From the human T2T-CHM13v2.0 reference genome, Homo sapiens, in the NCBI RefSeq assembly GCF_009914755.1, contig NC_060947.1: a DNA stretch of 64,000 bases. One strand, given 5' to 3'. This document shows, one piece after another, positions 48,369 to 61,884 of the stretch. The notes under the pieces are model-generated. The model did not search any database and was not told the origin of the DNA. It worked only from the letters and a program-made list of their open reading frames with translations. The position numbers and the translations under genes were made by a program. Each line of letters opens with the position of its first letter. The first letter of the stretch is position 1.

Positions 48369-51300
48369 CCATTTGTATTCGGAAAATCAAGGGAAAAGAA
48401 TAAGAATGCACCTGGAAATCCAAAGAATTCTTCCAGATTGTATCCAAGACCACCAAAATGATACCTCTATGACTCTTTGAGAGCCACAACATTACTGGGT
48501 TGGGGTTAACCCCTAAAACAGATACAACTGAAGTGAGAAAAGACATATTACACAACCCACGTTCCCTTTGAATACCTAAAAAGCCTTCCCAAAAAGATAG
48601 GTACAAACAAGCACAGACTGTGAAGGCTAAAATAAATACCTAACTCTTCAATGCCCAGAGAGAGAAATATCCAAAAGTATCAAGACCATTCAGGAAAATA
48701 TAACCTCACCAAGTCAACAAGAAAAGGTACCAGGGACCAATCTCAGAGAAAGAGACGTATGTGACCTTTCAGACAGAGAATTCAAAATAGCTCTTTTGAG
48801 GAAGCTTATCAAAATTCAAGATAACACAGAGAAGGAAGTCAGAACCCTGTCAGATAAATTTAATAAAAAGATGGAAAAAATTAAAAAGAATTGAACACAA
48901 ATTTTGGAGATGAAAAAGGCAATTGACATATTGGAGAATGCATCAGAGTCTCTTAAATGCAGAAATGATCAAACAGAATTAAAAATCAGTGAGCTTGAAG
49001 ACAGGCTATTAGAAAACACAAAGTTAGAGGACACAAAAAGGAAAATAATAAAAAAGAATAAAGCTTGCTTACAACATCTACAAAATAGCCTCAAAAGGGC
49101 AAATCTTTCAGTTATTGGCCTTAGAAAGGTCATAGAGAGAAAGACTATGGTAAAAAGTTTATTCAAATGAATATTAACAGGGAACTCCCCAAGTGTACAG
49201 AAAGATATTAATATCCAAGAATGAGAAGGTTATAGAACACCAAGCAGATATAACCCAAATAAGAATACCTCAAGTAATTTAATAATCAAACTTCCAAAGT
49301 CAAGGATAAAGGAAAATCCTAAAAGCAGCAAGAGAAAAGAAACAAATAGCATACAAAGAAGCTCGAATATGCTTGGTAGCAGACTTCTCAGTGAAAACCT
49401 TACAGGCCAGGAGAGAGTGAAATGACATATTTAAAGTGCTGAATAACAAAAAATACTTTCATCCTACAATGGTATATCCAGTGAAAATATCCTTCAAACA
49501 CAGAGTAGAAATAAAGACATTTCCAGACAAATAAGAGGTGAGGGATTTCATTAACACCAGACCTGTCCTACAAGAAATGCTAAAGGGGGTTCTTCATTCA
49601 GAAAGAAAAGGATGTTAGTGAGCAATAAAAAATCATCTGAAGGTACAAAACTCACTGGTATCAGTAACTACACAGAAAAAAACAGAATATTATGACACTG
49701 TAATTGTGATATGTAATATCTTAAGTAGAAAGACTAACAGATGATCCTATCAAAATAACTATAACAATTTTCAAGACCTAGACAGTACAAAATATATAAA
49801 CAGAAACAACAAAAAGTTAAAAAGTGTGGGGATGAAGATAATGTATAGAATTTTTATTAGTTTTCTCTGTGTTTCTTTGTTTATTCATGCTGTCAGCATG
49901 AAGTTATCATCAGTTTAAAACATTGGAGTATAAGATATTATTTGCAAGCCTCATGGTGACTTCAAATAAAAAAATAACAATGACACAACAATTAAAAGCC
50001 AGAAATTGCAACATACTACCTGAGAAAATCAACTTCAATAATAGAAAGATAGGAAAGGATGTAGTAGGAAGAGAATACACACACACACACACACAGAAAA
50101 TAATAACAAAATGGCAGGAATAAGTCCTTACTTATCAATAACCACATTGTGTGTAAATGGACTGAATTCTCCAATCAAAAGACACAGAGTGGCTGAAAGA
50201 TTAAAAAACAAGATCCAGTTATGTATTGTCTACACGAAACAGACTTTACCTATAAAGACAAACGCAGACTAAAAATAGAGACGGAAAATAATATTTCATA
50301 CCAATAAAAATTTTAAAAAGTAGGAGTAGCTATGCTTACAATATACAAAATAGATTTTGAAACAAAAAGTAAAATATGACAAAGGAGGTTATTATATATT
50401 GATAAAGGCTTCAATTCCTCAAGAGAATATAAGAATTGTAAGTGTATGTGCACCCAACATTAGAGCACCCAGATATATGAAGCAAATATTATTAGACCTA
50501 AGGAGGGAGATAGACCCCAATACAATAATATCAGGAGACTTCAACACCCCACTTTCAGCAGTCAACAGATTATCCTGATATAAGACGGAAAATAGAAACC
50601 TCAGATTTAGTCTGCACTATATACCAAATTGTAGTAATAAGTATTTACAGATTATTTTATACAACAGCTGCAGAATACACATTCTTCTCAGCACATGAAT
50701 TATTCACAAAAATAAACTGTATGTTAGTCCACAAAAAAGTACTCACAAAATTAAAATTACATCAAGTAACTTCTCTGACTGCAATGAAATAAAACTAGAA
50801 ATAAATAACAAGATAAATTTTTGAAACTACAGAATCGTAAAAATTAAACCACATGTTCCTGAATTGCCAGGGGGTTGATGAAGAAATTGAAAAGGAAATT
50901 TAAAAATTTCTTACAATAAATTAAGATGGAAAGTGAATATACCATAGCCTATGGAATACAGCAAAATCAGTACTAAGAGGAAAGTTTATAAGTGTCTCCA
51001 TTGAAAATGTACAAGACGTCATATAAACAACCTAAGAATGCATCTTAAGGAAACAGAAAGGCAACAGCAAACCAAAACCCAAATTAGTAGAAAAAAATTG
51101 AGCCATAATAAAATTGAAATGAAGAAAACAATACAAAAGATTAATGAAACTAAAATTTGTCTTTTCGAAAAGGTGATAAAAATCAACAAAGTTTTAGTCA
51201 TACCAAATAGAAAAAAAAGGGACAGAGAAAAACCCAAATAAATAAACTCATAGATGAAAAATGACAAATTATAACTGAAACTACAGAAATTCAAAGGACC

Positions 51301-51861
51301 ATTAAAGGCTACTATGAGTAATATATGTCAATAAAGTGAGACACCTAGAAGAAATAAATTCCTAGACACATATATCCATATATAAACCATGAAGAAATCT
51401 GAAACCTGAACAGAGCAATCCAAAGGAATGAGATCAAAGTCAACATAGTTTCCCAGCAAAGAAAAGCCAAGGACCCAATAGCTTTACTGCTAAATTTTAC
51501 CAAATATTTAAATAAGAACTAATATCAATCCTACTTAAGCATTTGGAAAGTTAGAAAGGGAGGGGATAGTTCTAAACTCATTATAGGAGTCCAGTGTTAC
51601 CCTCATACCAAAACCATACACATTAAAAAAAAAAGAAAAGGAAAGAAAAGAAAACATTACAGGTCAATACACCTGATGAACATTGATACAAAAATTCTCG
51701 AAAAAAATACTAGCAAATCAAATTTAAAAATGCATTAGAAAGATCATCCATCATAACCAAATGAAATTTATCCCGGGGATGCAAGAATGCCACAACACAT
51801 ACAAATCAAACACCGTTATACATTATATCAACAAAATGAATGACAAAAACATGATCATTTC

Positions 51862-52281
51862 TTTTCTTTTTTTAAAATTTTATTATTATTATACTTTAAG
51901 TTTTTGGGTACATGTGCACAATGTGCAGGTTTGTTACATATGTATACATGTGCCATGTTGGTGTGCTGCACCCATTAACTCGTCATTTAGCATTAGGTAT
52001 ATCTCCTAATGCTATCCCTCCCCCCACCCCCAACCCCACAACAGTGTCTGGTGTGTGATGTTCCCCTTCCTGTGTCCATGTGTTCTCATTGTTCAATTCC
52101 CACCTATGAGTGAGAACATGCGGTGTTTGGTTTTTTGTCCTTGCGATAGTTTGCTGAGAATAATGGTTTCCAGTTTCATCCATGTCCCTACAAAGGACAT
52201 GAACTCATCCTTTTTTATGGCTGCATAGTATTCCATGGTGTATATGTGCCACATTTTCTTAATGCAGTCTATCATTGTTGT
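51862..52281 (-). mobile_element. Short 5'-truncated L1PA (about L1PA3-5) 3' end
   Basis: L1PA 3'UTR and ORF2 C-terminus [47 protein letters not shown]. Confidence 0.93.
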
Positions 52282-52288
52282 AATTTCT

Positions 52289-52602
52289 TTTATTTTATTT
52301 TATTTTTCTTTTTCCTTTTTTGAGATGGAGTCTCGCTCCGTCTCCCAGGCTGGAGTGCAATGGCGGGTTCTTGGCTCACTGCAAGCTCCACCTCCTTGGT
52401 TCATGCCATTATCCTGCTTCAGCCTCCTGAGTAGCTGGGACTACAGGCACCCGCCACCTCGCCTGGCTAATTTTTTGTATTTTTAGTAGAAACGGCGTTT
52501 CACTGTGTTAGCCAGGATGGTCTCGATAGCCTGATCTCATGATCCATCCACCTTGGCTTCCCAAAGTGTTGGGATTACAGGCTTGAGCCACTGCGCCCAG
52601 CC
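52289..52602 (-). mobile_element. AluY-lineage element
   Basis: AluY diagnostics gcaagctcc, catgccatt and ttagccaggatggtctcgat. Confidence 0.9.
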
Positions 52603-52628
52603 CAACATTGTGATCATTTCAATGATGC

Positions 52629-53248
52629 TGATATAGGAGTTAAGAAGAAATTGTTTAGGCAGATGGTGATGGTACTTGGGTCCTCAGTAAGGTTTTTCTT
52701 TTTAATGAAAAGCAGCCCCAAATCATTTTCTAACAAAGAACAGCCTGTAAAATCGAGTCGTGGACATAAACAAGCAAGCTGGAGGCTTGCACGGGTGAAT
52801 GCTGGCAGGAGGGAACTGCCTGGGACCAGACGTTCAAAATGGTGGCTCCATTTCCCCTTCCCTTTGCCAGCCATGTGTACGGTAAGGAGCAGACAAGATA
52901 GTGCCAATCTACTGGAAAGACAATTTGGATAATAAGGTTAGGGTGGGGTGACCAGCCTTCCCAAAGTACTATGTAAATGTCACACCAGATCAAACCAATC
53001 TTTGGACCCTATGTAAATCAGACACAGCCTGCACAAGGCTACCTGTAAAATCTGACAGACTCAGCTACCAGTCGGTCTTTCCTCTTGGAAGACCCTGTCT
53101 CTCACCAGAGAGAGGGCTGTTCTCCTTTCTCTTTCTTCTGCCTATTAAACCTCCACTCCTAAACTCCTCATGTGTTTCTGCATCCCAAATTTTCTTTGTG
53201 CAAGACAACAAACCCTGGGTATTTACCCCAGACAATGTAGCCTCTTCA
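52629..53248 (+). mobile_element. ERV1 solo LTR, LTR9-like
   Basis: tgatataggagttaagaagaaat..ttca, ATTAAA signal. Perfect 4-bp TSD atgc (52625-52628 / 53249-53252). Confidence 0.88.
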
Positions 53249-56200
53249 ATGCTGAAAAAGTATTTGATGAAATGCAACATCCCATCATTATAAAAAACCC
53301 TCAAAAACTGTGTATAAAAGAAAATTCCTCAACATAATAAATGCCATAGATGACAGACTCATAATATCATACTGAATGAGGAAATATTGAAAACCTTTTT
53401 TTATAAGATCTAAAATATTACAAGGATGCACACTTTCACCATTGTTACTCAACATAGTACTGGAAATTCTGGCTACAGCAATCAGATGAGAGGAAGAAAA
53501 AAAGTGCATCCAAGTTGGAAAAGCAAAAATGTCAAACTACATTTGTTTGCAAATGAAATGATCTTATATTTGGAAAAAACCTAAAGGCTGCACCAAAAAA
53601 AAAAAAAAAAAAAAAAAAAAGTACTCTTAGAACTGATAAATTCAGTAAAGGTTTAAAATACACAATCAACAAACTAAAATGAGCAGTAATTTCATATTCT
53701 AACAGTGAACAATTTGAAAAAAATCAAGAAAGGAATCCCATTTTCAATAGTTGCAAATAAAATTAAATACCTAGGAATTAACCAAAGAATTGAAAAATCT
53801 CTACAATTAAAAACTACAAAAATATGGATTCAAAAAATGTAGAAGAAACAAAAAATAAAAACATATTCCATATTCCTGGATTGGAAGAATCCAAATTTTT
53901 AAAATGTCCGTACTACCCAAAGCAATCTACAGATTTAATGTCATCCCAATCAAAACATTAATTACATTTTTTACTAAAACAGAAAAAAATCACAAAATTT
54001 ACATGGAACAAATAAGGACTCAGAATAGCCATAGTTATCATAAGGAAAAAGAAAAAAAACTGAAGGACTCGCATTACAGGACTTCAAATTATACTACAGA
54101 CCTATAGTAACCAAAACAGCATGGCACTCTCATAATAATGGACACATAGACCAGTGGAGCAGAATAGAGAAGCCAGAAACAAATCCACACTCCTACTATG
54201 AACTTGTTTTTCAATGGTACCAAGAACATACACTGGTGTAAAGACAGTCTCTTCTCTAAATGGTGCTGCAAAAACTGGAAATCCATATGCAGAAGAATGA
54301 AACTAGACTTCCATCTCTTACCATATACAAAAATCAAATCAAAGTGGATTAATGACTAAAATATAAAACCCCAAACTTTGGAAATTATAAAAGTAAACAT
54401 TGTGGAAACTCTTCAGGATATTGTAGTGGCAAAGATTACGTGAGTATTACCACACAAGCACAAGCAACCAAACAAAAATGAAAAAAAAAATGACATAATA
54501 CCAAGTTAAAAAGCGTCTACACAGCAAAAGAAGCAATTTTCTAGTAAAGAGACAACCTAAAAAATGGGAGAAAATATTTGCAAACTACCCATCTGACAAG
54601 GGATTAATAACCAGTATATATAAGGAGCTCAAACAGCTCTATAGGAAAAAATATAATAATGTGATTTAAAAATGAGCAAAACATTTGAATAGACATTTTT
54701 CAAAAAAAACACATACAAATGAAAGAAGGTATATGAAAATGTGCTAAAGTTCACTAATCATCAGAAAAATGCAAATCAAAATTACCATGAGATATTCTCT
54801 CACCCCAGTAAAAATTGCAAAATCCAAAGCACAGGCAATAACAAACGCTGGTGAGGAAGTGAAGAAAAAGGAACACTCATACACTGTTAGTGGGAACATA
54901 AATGAGTACAACCACTATGGGGAAAAGTTTAAAGGTTTCTAAGGTACTAAAATTGAGCTACCATGTGATTCAGCAATCTGACTACTGAGTATAAACCCAA
55001 AAGAAAGAAAATCAGTATATTGAAAAGATATCTGCACTCCCATATTTATTGCAAAACTATTCACAATAGCCAAGATTTGTAAGCAACCTAAATGCCCACC
55101 AACAGATGAATATATAAAGACAATTCCAGAGGTTTGTATCCAGCAAAAGTAACCTTCATAAAAGAAAGAGAGATAAAGTATATTTCAGACAAATAAATGC
55201 TTAGAGAATTTGCCAGTACAAATCCAGCACTACGAGAAATGCTATAAGGCATTCTAAGTCTTATAACAAAACCTCTAAATGAAACAAAATAGAATCTCCT
55301 CAAAGAACACGTCTAATAAAGCCTATAAAACAATAACACAAGACAACAACTAGCATAATGAATAGAACAGTACCTCACATCTCAACACTAATGCTGCATA
55401 TAAATGGCCTAAATGCTCCACTTAAAAGATACAGAATGACAGAAAAGATAAAAACCCACCAACTAAGTATCTGTTGTCTTCAAGAGACTCATCTAACACA
55501 TAAGGACACACATAAATTTAAGGTAAAGGGGTGAAAAAAGATATTACTCACAAGTGGAAACTAAAAGCAAGAAAGGGTAGCTAATCCTATATCAGACAAA
55601 AGTCTTTAAAGCAGCAACAGTAAAGTAAGACAAAGAAGGTCATTATATAATGATAAAAGACTAGTCCAACAGAAAAATACCACAATCATATATACACCTA
55701 ACACTGGAGCTTCCAAATTCATAAAACAATTACTACTAGACCAAAGAAATGAAATAGATGACAATACAATAGTAGCAGGGGACTTCAATACTCCACTGAC
55801 AGCACTAAACAGGTCATCAAGACAGAAAGTCAACAAAGAAACAATGGACTTAAACTATACCCAAGAACAAAAGAAGTTAACAGATATTTACAGAACATTC
55901 TGCCTAACAACTGCAGAAAATACAATCTTTTCATCAGCACATGGAACATTCTCCAAGATAGACCATATAATAGGTCACATAACAGGCCTTGATAAATTTT
56001 AAAAAATAGAAATTATATTATGTATTATCTCACACTACAGTAAAATAAATCTGCAAATCACCTCCAAAAGGAACACTCAAAACCAAAAACACAGGAAAAT
56101 TAAATAATCTGTATTTGAATGATCATTGAGTCAACAATTAAATCAAGATGGAAATTTTAAAATTATTTGAACTGAATGATCAACTTATCAAAACCTCTGG

Positions 56201-57778
56201 AATACAACAAAAGCAGTACTAAGATGAAAGTTCTTAGCATTAAATGCATACATTTAAAAAAATTGTGAAAGAACAAAAATAGACACTCTAAGGTCACACC
56301 TCAAGGAAATAGAGAAACAAGAACAAACCAAACCCAAACCTAGCAGAAGAAAAGAAATAACAAAGGTTGGAGCAGAAAAAATTGAAATTGAAGCAAAGAA
56401 AAAAATACAAAAGATAAAACAAGAAGCTAGTTTTTGGAAAAGATAAAAAAAATTGATAGACCATTAACAAAATTAGCCAAGAAAAGAAGAGAGATGGTCC
56501 AAATATGCTCAATTAGAAACAAAACAGGAGATATTACAACCAATACCACAGAAATACAAAATATCATTCAAGGCTACTATGAACACCTTCATTCACACAA
56601 AAGAGAAAATCTAGAGGAGATGAATAAATACCTGGAAATATACAACCCTTCTAGATTAAAACAGAAGTAAATAGAAACTCTGAACAGACGAATAACAAGT
56701 AGTGAGTTTGAAACCATAATTTAAAAATTGCCAACAAAACAAAGTTCATGACCACATGGATTCATAGCTGAATCCTATCAGACATTCAAAGAAGAATTGG
56801 TACCAATCTTACTGAAACTATTCCAAAAGATAGAGGGAATCCTTCATAAATCATTTTATGAAGCCAGTATTACCCTAATACCAAAATCTGGACAGGACAT
56901 AAAAAAAATTACAGACAAATATCCTTGATGAACATAGATGCAAAAATTTTCAACAAAATACTAGCTAAATGAATCCAACAACATATCAAAAAGATAATCC
57001 ATCATAATCAAGTGGATTTCATACCAGCAATGCAGGGATGATTTACCAGACACAAGTCAATAAATGTGATGCATCACATAAACAGAATTAAAAGCAAAAA
57101 CCATATAATTATCTCAATAGATGCAGAAAAAGCATTTGCTAATATCCAACATCACTTTATGATTAAAAACCTTACCGAAATTGGCATAAAAGAGGCATAC
57201 CTCAAGGTAATAAAAGCCATCTATGACAAACCCAGAGCCAACATTATACTGAACAGGGAAAAGTTGAAAGCATTCTTCCTGAGATCTGGAACAAAACAAG
57301 GATGCCCACTTTCACCATTCTTATTCAACATAGTACTGGAAATACTAGCCAGAGCAATCAGACAAGAGAAAGAAATAAAAGGCATCCAAATCAGCAAAGA
57401 GAAAGTCACAGTCACTGTTCACCAATGACATGATCGCATACCTAGAAAACCCTAAAGACTCATCCAAAAATATCCTAGATCTAATGAATGAATTGAGTAA
57501 AGTTTCAGAATACAAAATTAATATATACATGAATCAGTAACTCTGCTATACATCAACAATGATCAAGATGGTAATCAAATGAAGAACTCAATCTCTTTTA
57601 CAACCACTGCAAAAATAATAAAATACTTAAAAATATACCTAACCAAGGAGGTGAAAGATCTTTACATAGAAAATGACAAAACACTGTTGAAAGAAATTAT
57701 CGATAGCACAAACAAATGGAAACACATTCAATGCCGATAGATGAGTAAAATCAATATTGTAAAAATGACCATATTGCT

Positions 57779-58058
<280 letters not shown>

Positions 58059-59185
58059 AAAAATGACCATACTTCCAAAAGTGATCTACAGTTTCAATGC
58101 AATTTCCATCAAAATACCTTCAACATTCTTCCCAGAACTAGAAAAAGCAATACTAAAATGTATATGGAACCAAGAAATTCCCTGCATAGCCAAAGCAAGA
58201 CTAAGCAAAAAGAACAAATCTGGAGACATTACATTACTTAACTTCAAACTATACTACAAGGCTATAATACAGCATGGTATTGATAAAAAATAGGCATGTA
58301 GACCAAGGAAACAGAATAGAGAACCTATAAATAAAGCCAAATACTTACAGCTAACTGTAAACATTACAAAACAGAACATAAAGGAAAACAAACAAAAAAG
58401 AACATAAGCAGAGAAACTACACCCTATTCAACAAATGGTACTAGGATAATTGCCAAGACACACGTCGAAGAAGGAAACTGGATCTTCATCACTCACCTTA
58501 TACAAAAATCAACTCAAGAAGCATCAAAGATTTAAATCTAAGACATGAAACCGTAAAAATGTTAGAAGATAGCATGATAAAATCTCTTCTAGACATTGGC
58601 TTAGGCAATGAGTTCATGACCAAGAACCCAAAAGCAAATGCAAAAATAAATACATAAATAAATAAGACCTAATTAAACTAAAAAGCTACTGCACAGCAAA
58701 AGAAATAATCAACAGAGTAAACAAACAACCCGCAGAGTGGGAGAAAATATTCACAAACGATTCATCTGTCAAAGAAGTAATATTCAGAATCTACAAGGAA
58801 CTAAAGCAGTCAGCAAGAAAAAAATCAAATAATCCTATCAAAAACTGGGCATAGGACATAAATAGACAATTCTCAAAAGAAAATATACAAAAGGCCAACA
58901 AACACGAAAAAATGCTCAACATCACTAATTATCATGGAAATGCAAATTAAACTCACAATGAGATACCACATTACCCCTGCGAGAGTGGCCGTAATTAAAA
59001 AATCAAAAAATAATAGATGTTGGCATAGATGTGGTGCACTTTTACTCTGCTGGTGCGAATGTAAACTAGTACAACAACTATGAAAAACAGTATGGAAATC
59101 CCTTAAAGAACTAAAGGTAGAACTGCCATAGGACCCAGCAATCCCACTACTGGGTATCTACCAAGAGGCAAATAAGTCATTATAC

Positions 59186-60344
59186 TGTTGGTGCAACTAA
59201 GTTCCTCTTCTAAGGCTCAATTTTCTGATCATAAGCTGTAAACAATCTTACCCCTTCTTCAGTTAAGCCTAACTGTTTCTTCTTTGCCCTTCCCTCCTTC
59301 ACAAATCATGTGATTACCCTTTTTGGAAAGTTCAAGTCTTAGCCAATCGGGATCAGCTTAGATTGTGCGGTCCAACCCCAGCCAATAGGGAAAGGACACA
59401 GAAACACGAACTGCTTTAGGGATAAAAACCCTTTCTCTCCTTTGTTTAGTATGCTCTTGCGATTGTAACAGGCATGAGCAGCACCCTCCTGCAGAAGTAA
59501 AGGTGTCTTCCTGAGAAAATTTTTTGTCTAAGTGCAGATTTATTTTGGCTATGCTGAGCATTTGTTTCCAAATTAGGGGGCTTTTCTGGGATCCCATTCT
59601 CCTTTGGGAGGGGCTAGTGATTATCTTCCATGGAGAGACACGTCCCACTGCCTTGTTGTGGTGACCACAGAAGCAGAGGATTGAGTCCCACCTGAAGTGA
59701 CAAATCTGGACTCTCAGCAATGCGGGCAGTAGACAGGATCCTTAGGAACTCTACAGCAACCAGATAACTCTGGGTACAGACCACAGTAAGAAATGTCGCT
59801 ACTGGGGTGACAAAGTATTCCTTGGTGGTCAGGGTCTCTGGAGGTTGAAAGTGAGTGAATGAGATGTGCCTTTGGGCACAAAGTGAATGTGGTGTCCGGA
59901 CTTGGTTCTGTGGTTACCTCATATGGCTTAGGGTGGTTTTCCAGTCAGGGGATTATACCAACCCCCAATGCAAAGAGGTGCTTAAATTCCTGTGAGGGAA
60001 GTGGCCAATAAGGATGAAGTGAGTGCTCACAAGAGTGCAAGAAACCTCCAGTGGGAAAAGGAGAGGTTGAGCCAAATTGCATGTTTACCCTATTTGGGAA
60101 GTTTAAGTCTTAGCCGATCAGGATCAGCTTAGATTGTGTGGTCCAACCCCAGCCAATAGTGGAAGGACACAGAAACAGGAACTGCTTTAGGGATAAAAAC
60201 CCCTTCTCTCCTTTGTTTGGTGTGCGCTTGTGATTGTAACAGGCATGAGCAGCACCCTTCTGCAGAAGTAAAGGTGCCTTGCTGAGAAAATTTTCTGTCC
60301 AAGTGCAGGTTTCTTTTAGCTATGCTGAGAACTTGTTTCCAACA
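59186..60344 (+). mobile_element. Collapsed LTR10-type (HERV-I group) provirus: 5' LTR, about 500 bp leader, partial 3' LTR
   Basis: Direct repeats 59302-59572 and 60073-60344, TG..CA outer ends, 4-bp TSD atac/atat. The host L1PB resumes precisely. Confidence 0.85.
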
Positions 60345-60454
60345 ATATGAAAAAGACACTTACACATACATTTTTATAGAAGCACAATTTGCAATTGCAG
60401 AAATTTGCAACCAGCCTAATTGTCCATCAGCCAATGAGTGAGTAAAGAAATGTT

Positions 60455-60540
60455 GTGTATATTTATGTATATATGTATATATATAGTCTTATTATATATA
60501 TGTATATATATATAATACACAGTTATATATGTGTATATAA
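60455..60540. repeat. Imperfect (TA)n/(TATG)n repeat
   Basis: Seen directly within the L1PB 3' region. Confidence 0.9.
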
Positions 60541-60961
60541 TAAGACCATAGAATACTACTCAGCCATAAAAAGAAGTGAAATAATGGTATTTGCGCAACC
60601 CGAATGGAGTCGAAGACCATTATTATAAGTGAAGTAACTGAAGAATAGAAAACCAAATATTGTATGTTCTCACTTATAAAAGTGGAAGCTAAGCTATGAG
60701 GGCACAAAGGCATAAGGATAATATAATAAATTTTGGGGACTTGAGGGGGAAGGGTGTGAGGAGGGTAAGGGATAAAAGACTACACATTGGGCACAGTGTA
60801 CACCCTTCGGGTGACAGGTGCTCCAAAATCAATCACCACTAAAGAACTCCATGTAACTAAAAACCACCTCTTCCACCAAAACTATTAAAATAAAATAAAA
60901 ATTAAAAAAAAACAGAAACCAAAAACAAAAAATAAAAATAAAATAAAATAATTCTTCAAAA

Positions 60962-61040
60962 CAGGGATCAGCAAACTATGACATGTGGACCAAATCAGTC
61001 CAGTAACCATTTTTATAAATGAAGTTCTGTTGGAACCCAC
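60962..61040 (+). mobile_element. MER58 (hAT-Charlie) DNA transposon 5' fragment
   Basis: cagggatcagcaaactatg..gtggaccaaatc..tttttataaatgaagttctgttggaac resembles the MER58A left end. Confidence 0.65.
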
Positions 61041-61390
61041 ACACATACACACACACAAATATGGTACCTATAAACAGTGGAGTACTATATTCTATCATTT
61101 AAATAAAGAATGAGATTGTGTCACTTTTCCAAAAAAAAAAAAACCAGAATGGAGTAATTATTTTACATGAAATACGCCAGGCACAAAAAATACCCAAACA
61201 TTATCTCAAAATCAAAACAATTGAACTCATGAATATAGACAGTAAAAGGATTGTTACCAGTGGCTGGGAAGCATAGTGAGGCAGGATGGGGTTAGTGGGT
61301 TCAAAAATATCAGTTAGAAAGAATGAATATGACCTAGTATTTGATAGCACAACAAGGTGACTGTAGTCAAAATAATTTAATTGTATATTT

Positions 61391-61685
61391 TATTTTATTT
61401 TTTGCAACAGTCTTGCTCTGTCACCCAGGGTGGAGTTCAGTGACATGATCTCGGCTCACTGCAACCTTCACCTCCTCGGTTCAAGGGATTCTCATGCCTA
61501 GCCTCTTGAGTAGCTGGGACTATAGGCACATGTCACCATGCCTGGCTAATTTGTACATTTTTAGTAGAGACAGGGTTTTGCCTAGTTGGCCAGGCTGTTC
61601 TTTAACTTCCTACCTCAAGTGGTCTGCCTTTCTCGGCCTCCTGAGGAAGTGCTGGGATTACAGGTGTGAGCCACCATGGCTGGCC
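61391..61685 (-). mobile_element. AluS element
   Basis: Reverse dimeric Alu. TSD taattgtatattt (61378-61390) / taactgtacattt (61686-61698). Confidence 0.92.
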
Positions 61686-61884
61686 TAACTGTACATTTTA
61701 ACATAACTAAAATAGTATAATTGGATGGTTTGTAACTCAAAGAATAAATGCTTGAGAAGATGACTACCCCATTTTTCATGATGCGATTATTATGCATTAC
61801 ATGCCTGCATTAAAAGATTGCATGTAAATCATAAATATGTGCACCCACTATGTACCCATAAAATTTAAAAAATTTAAAAAAAGA

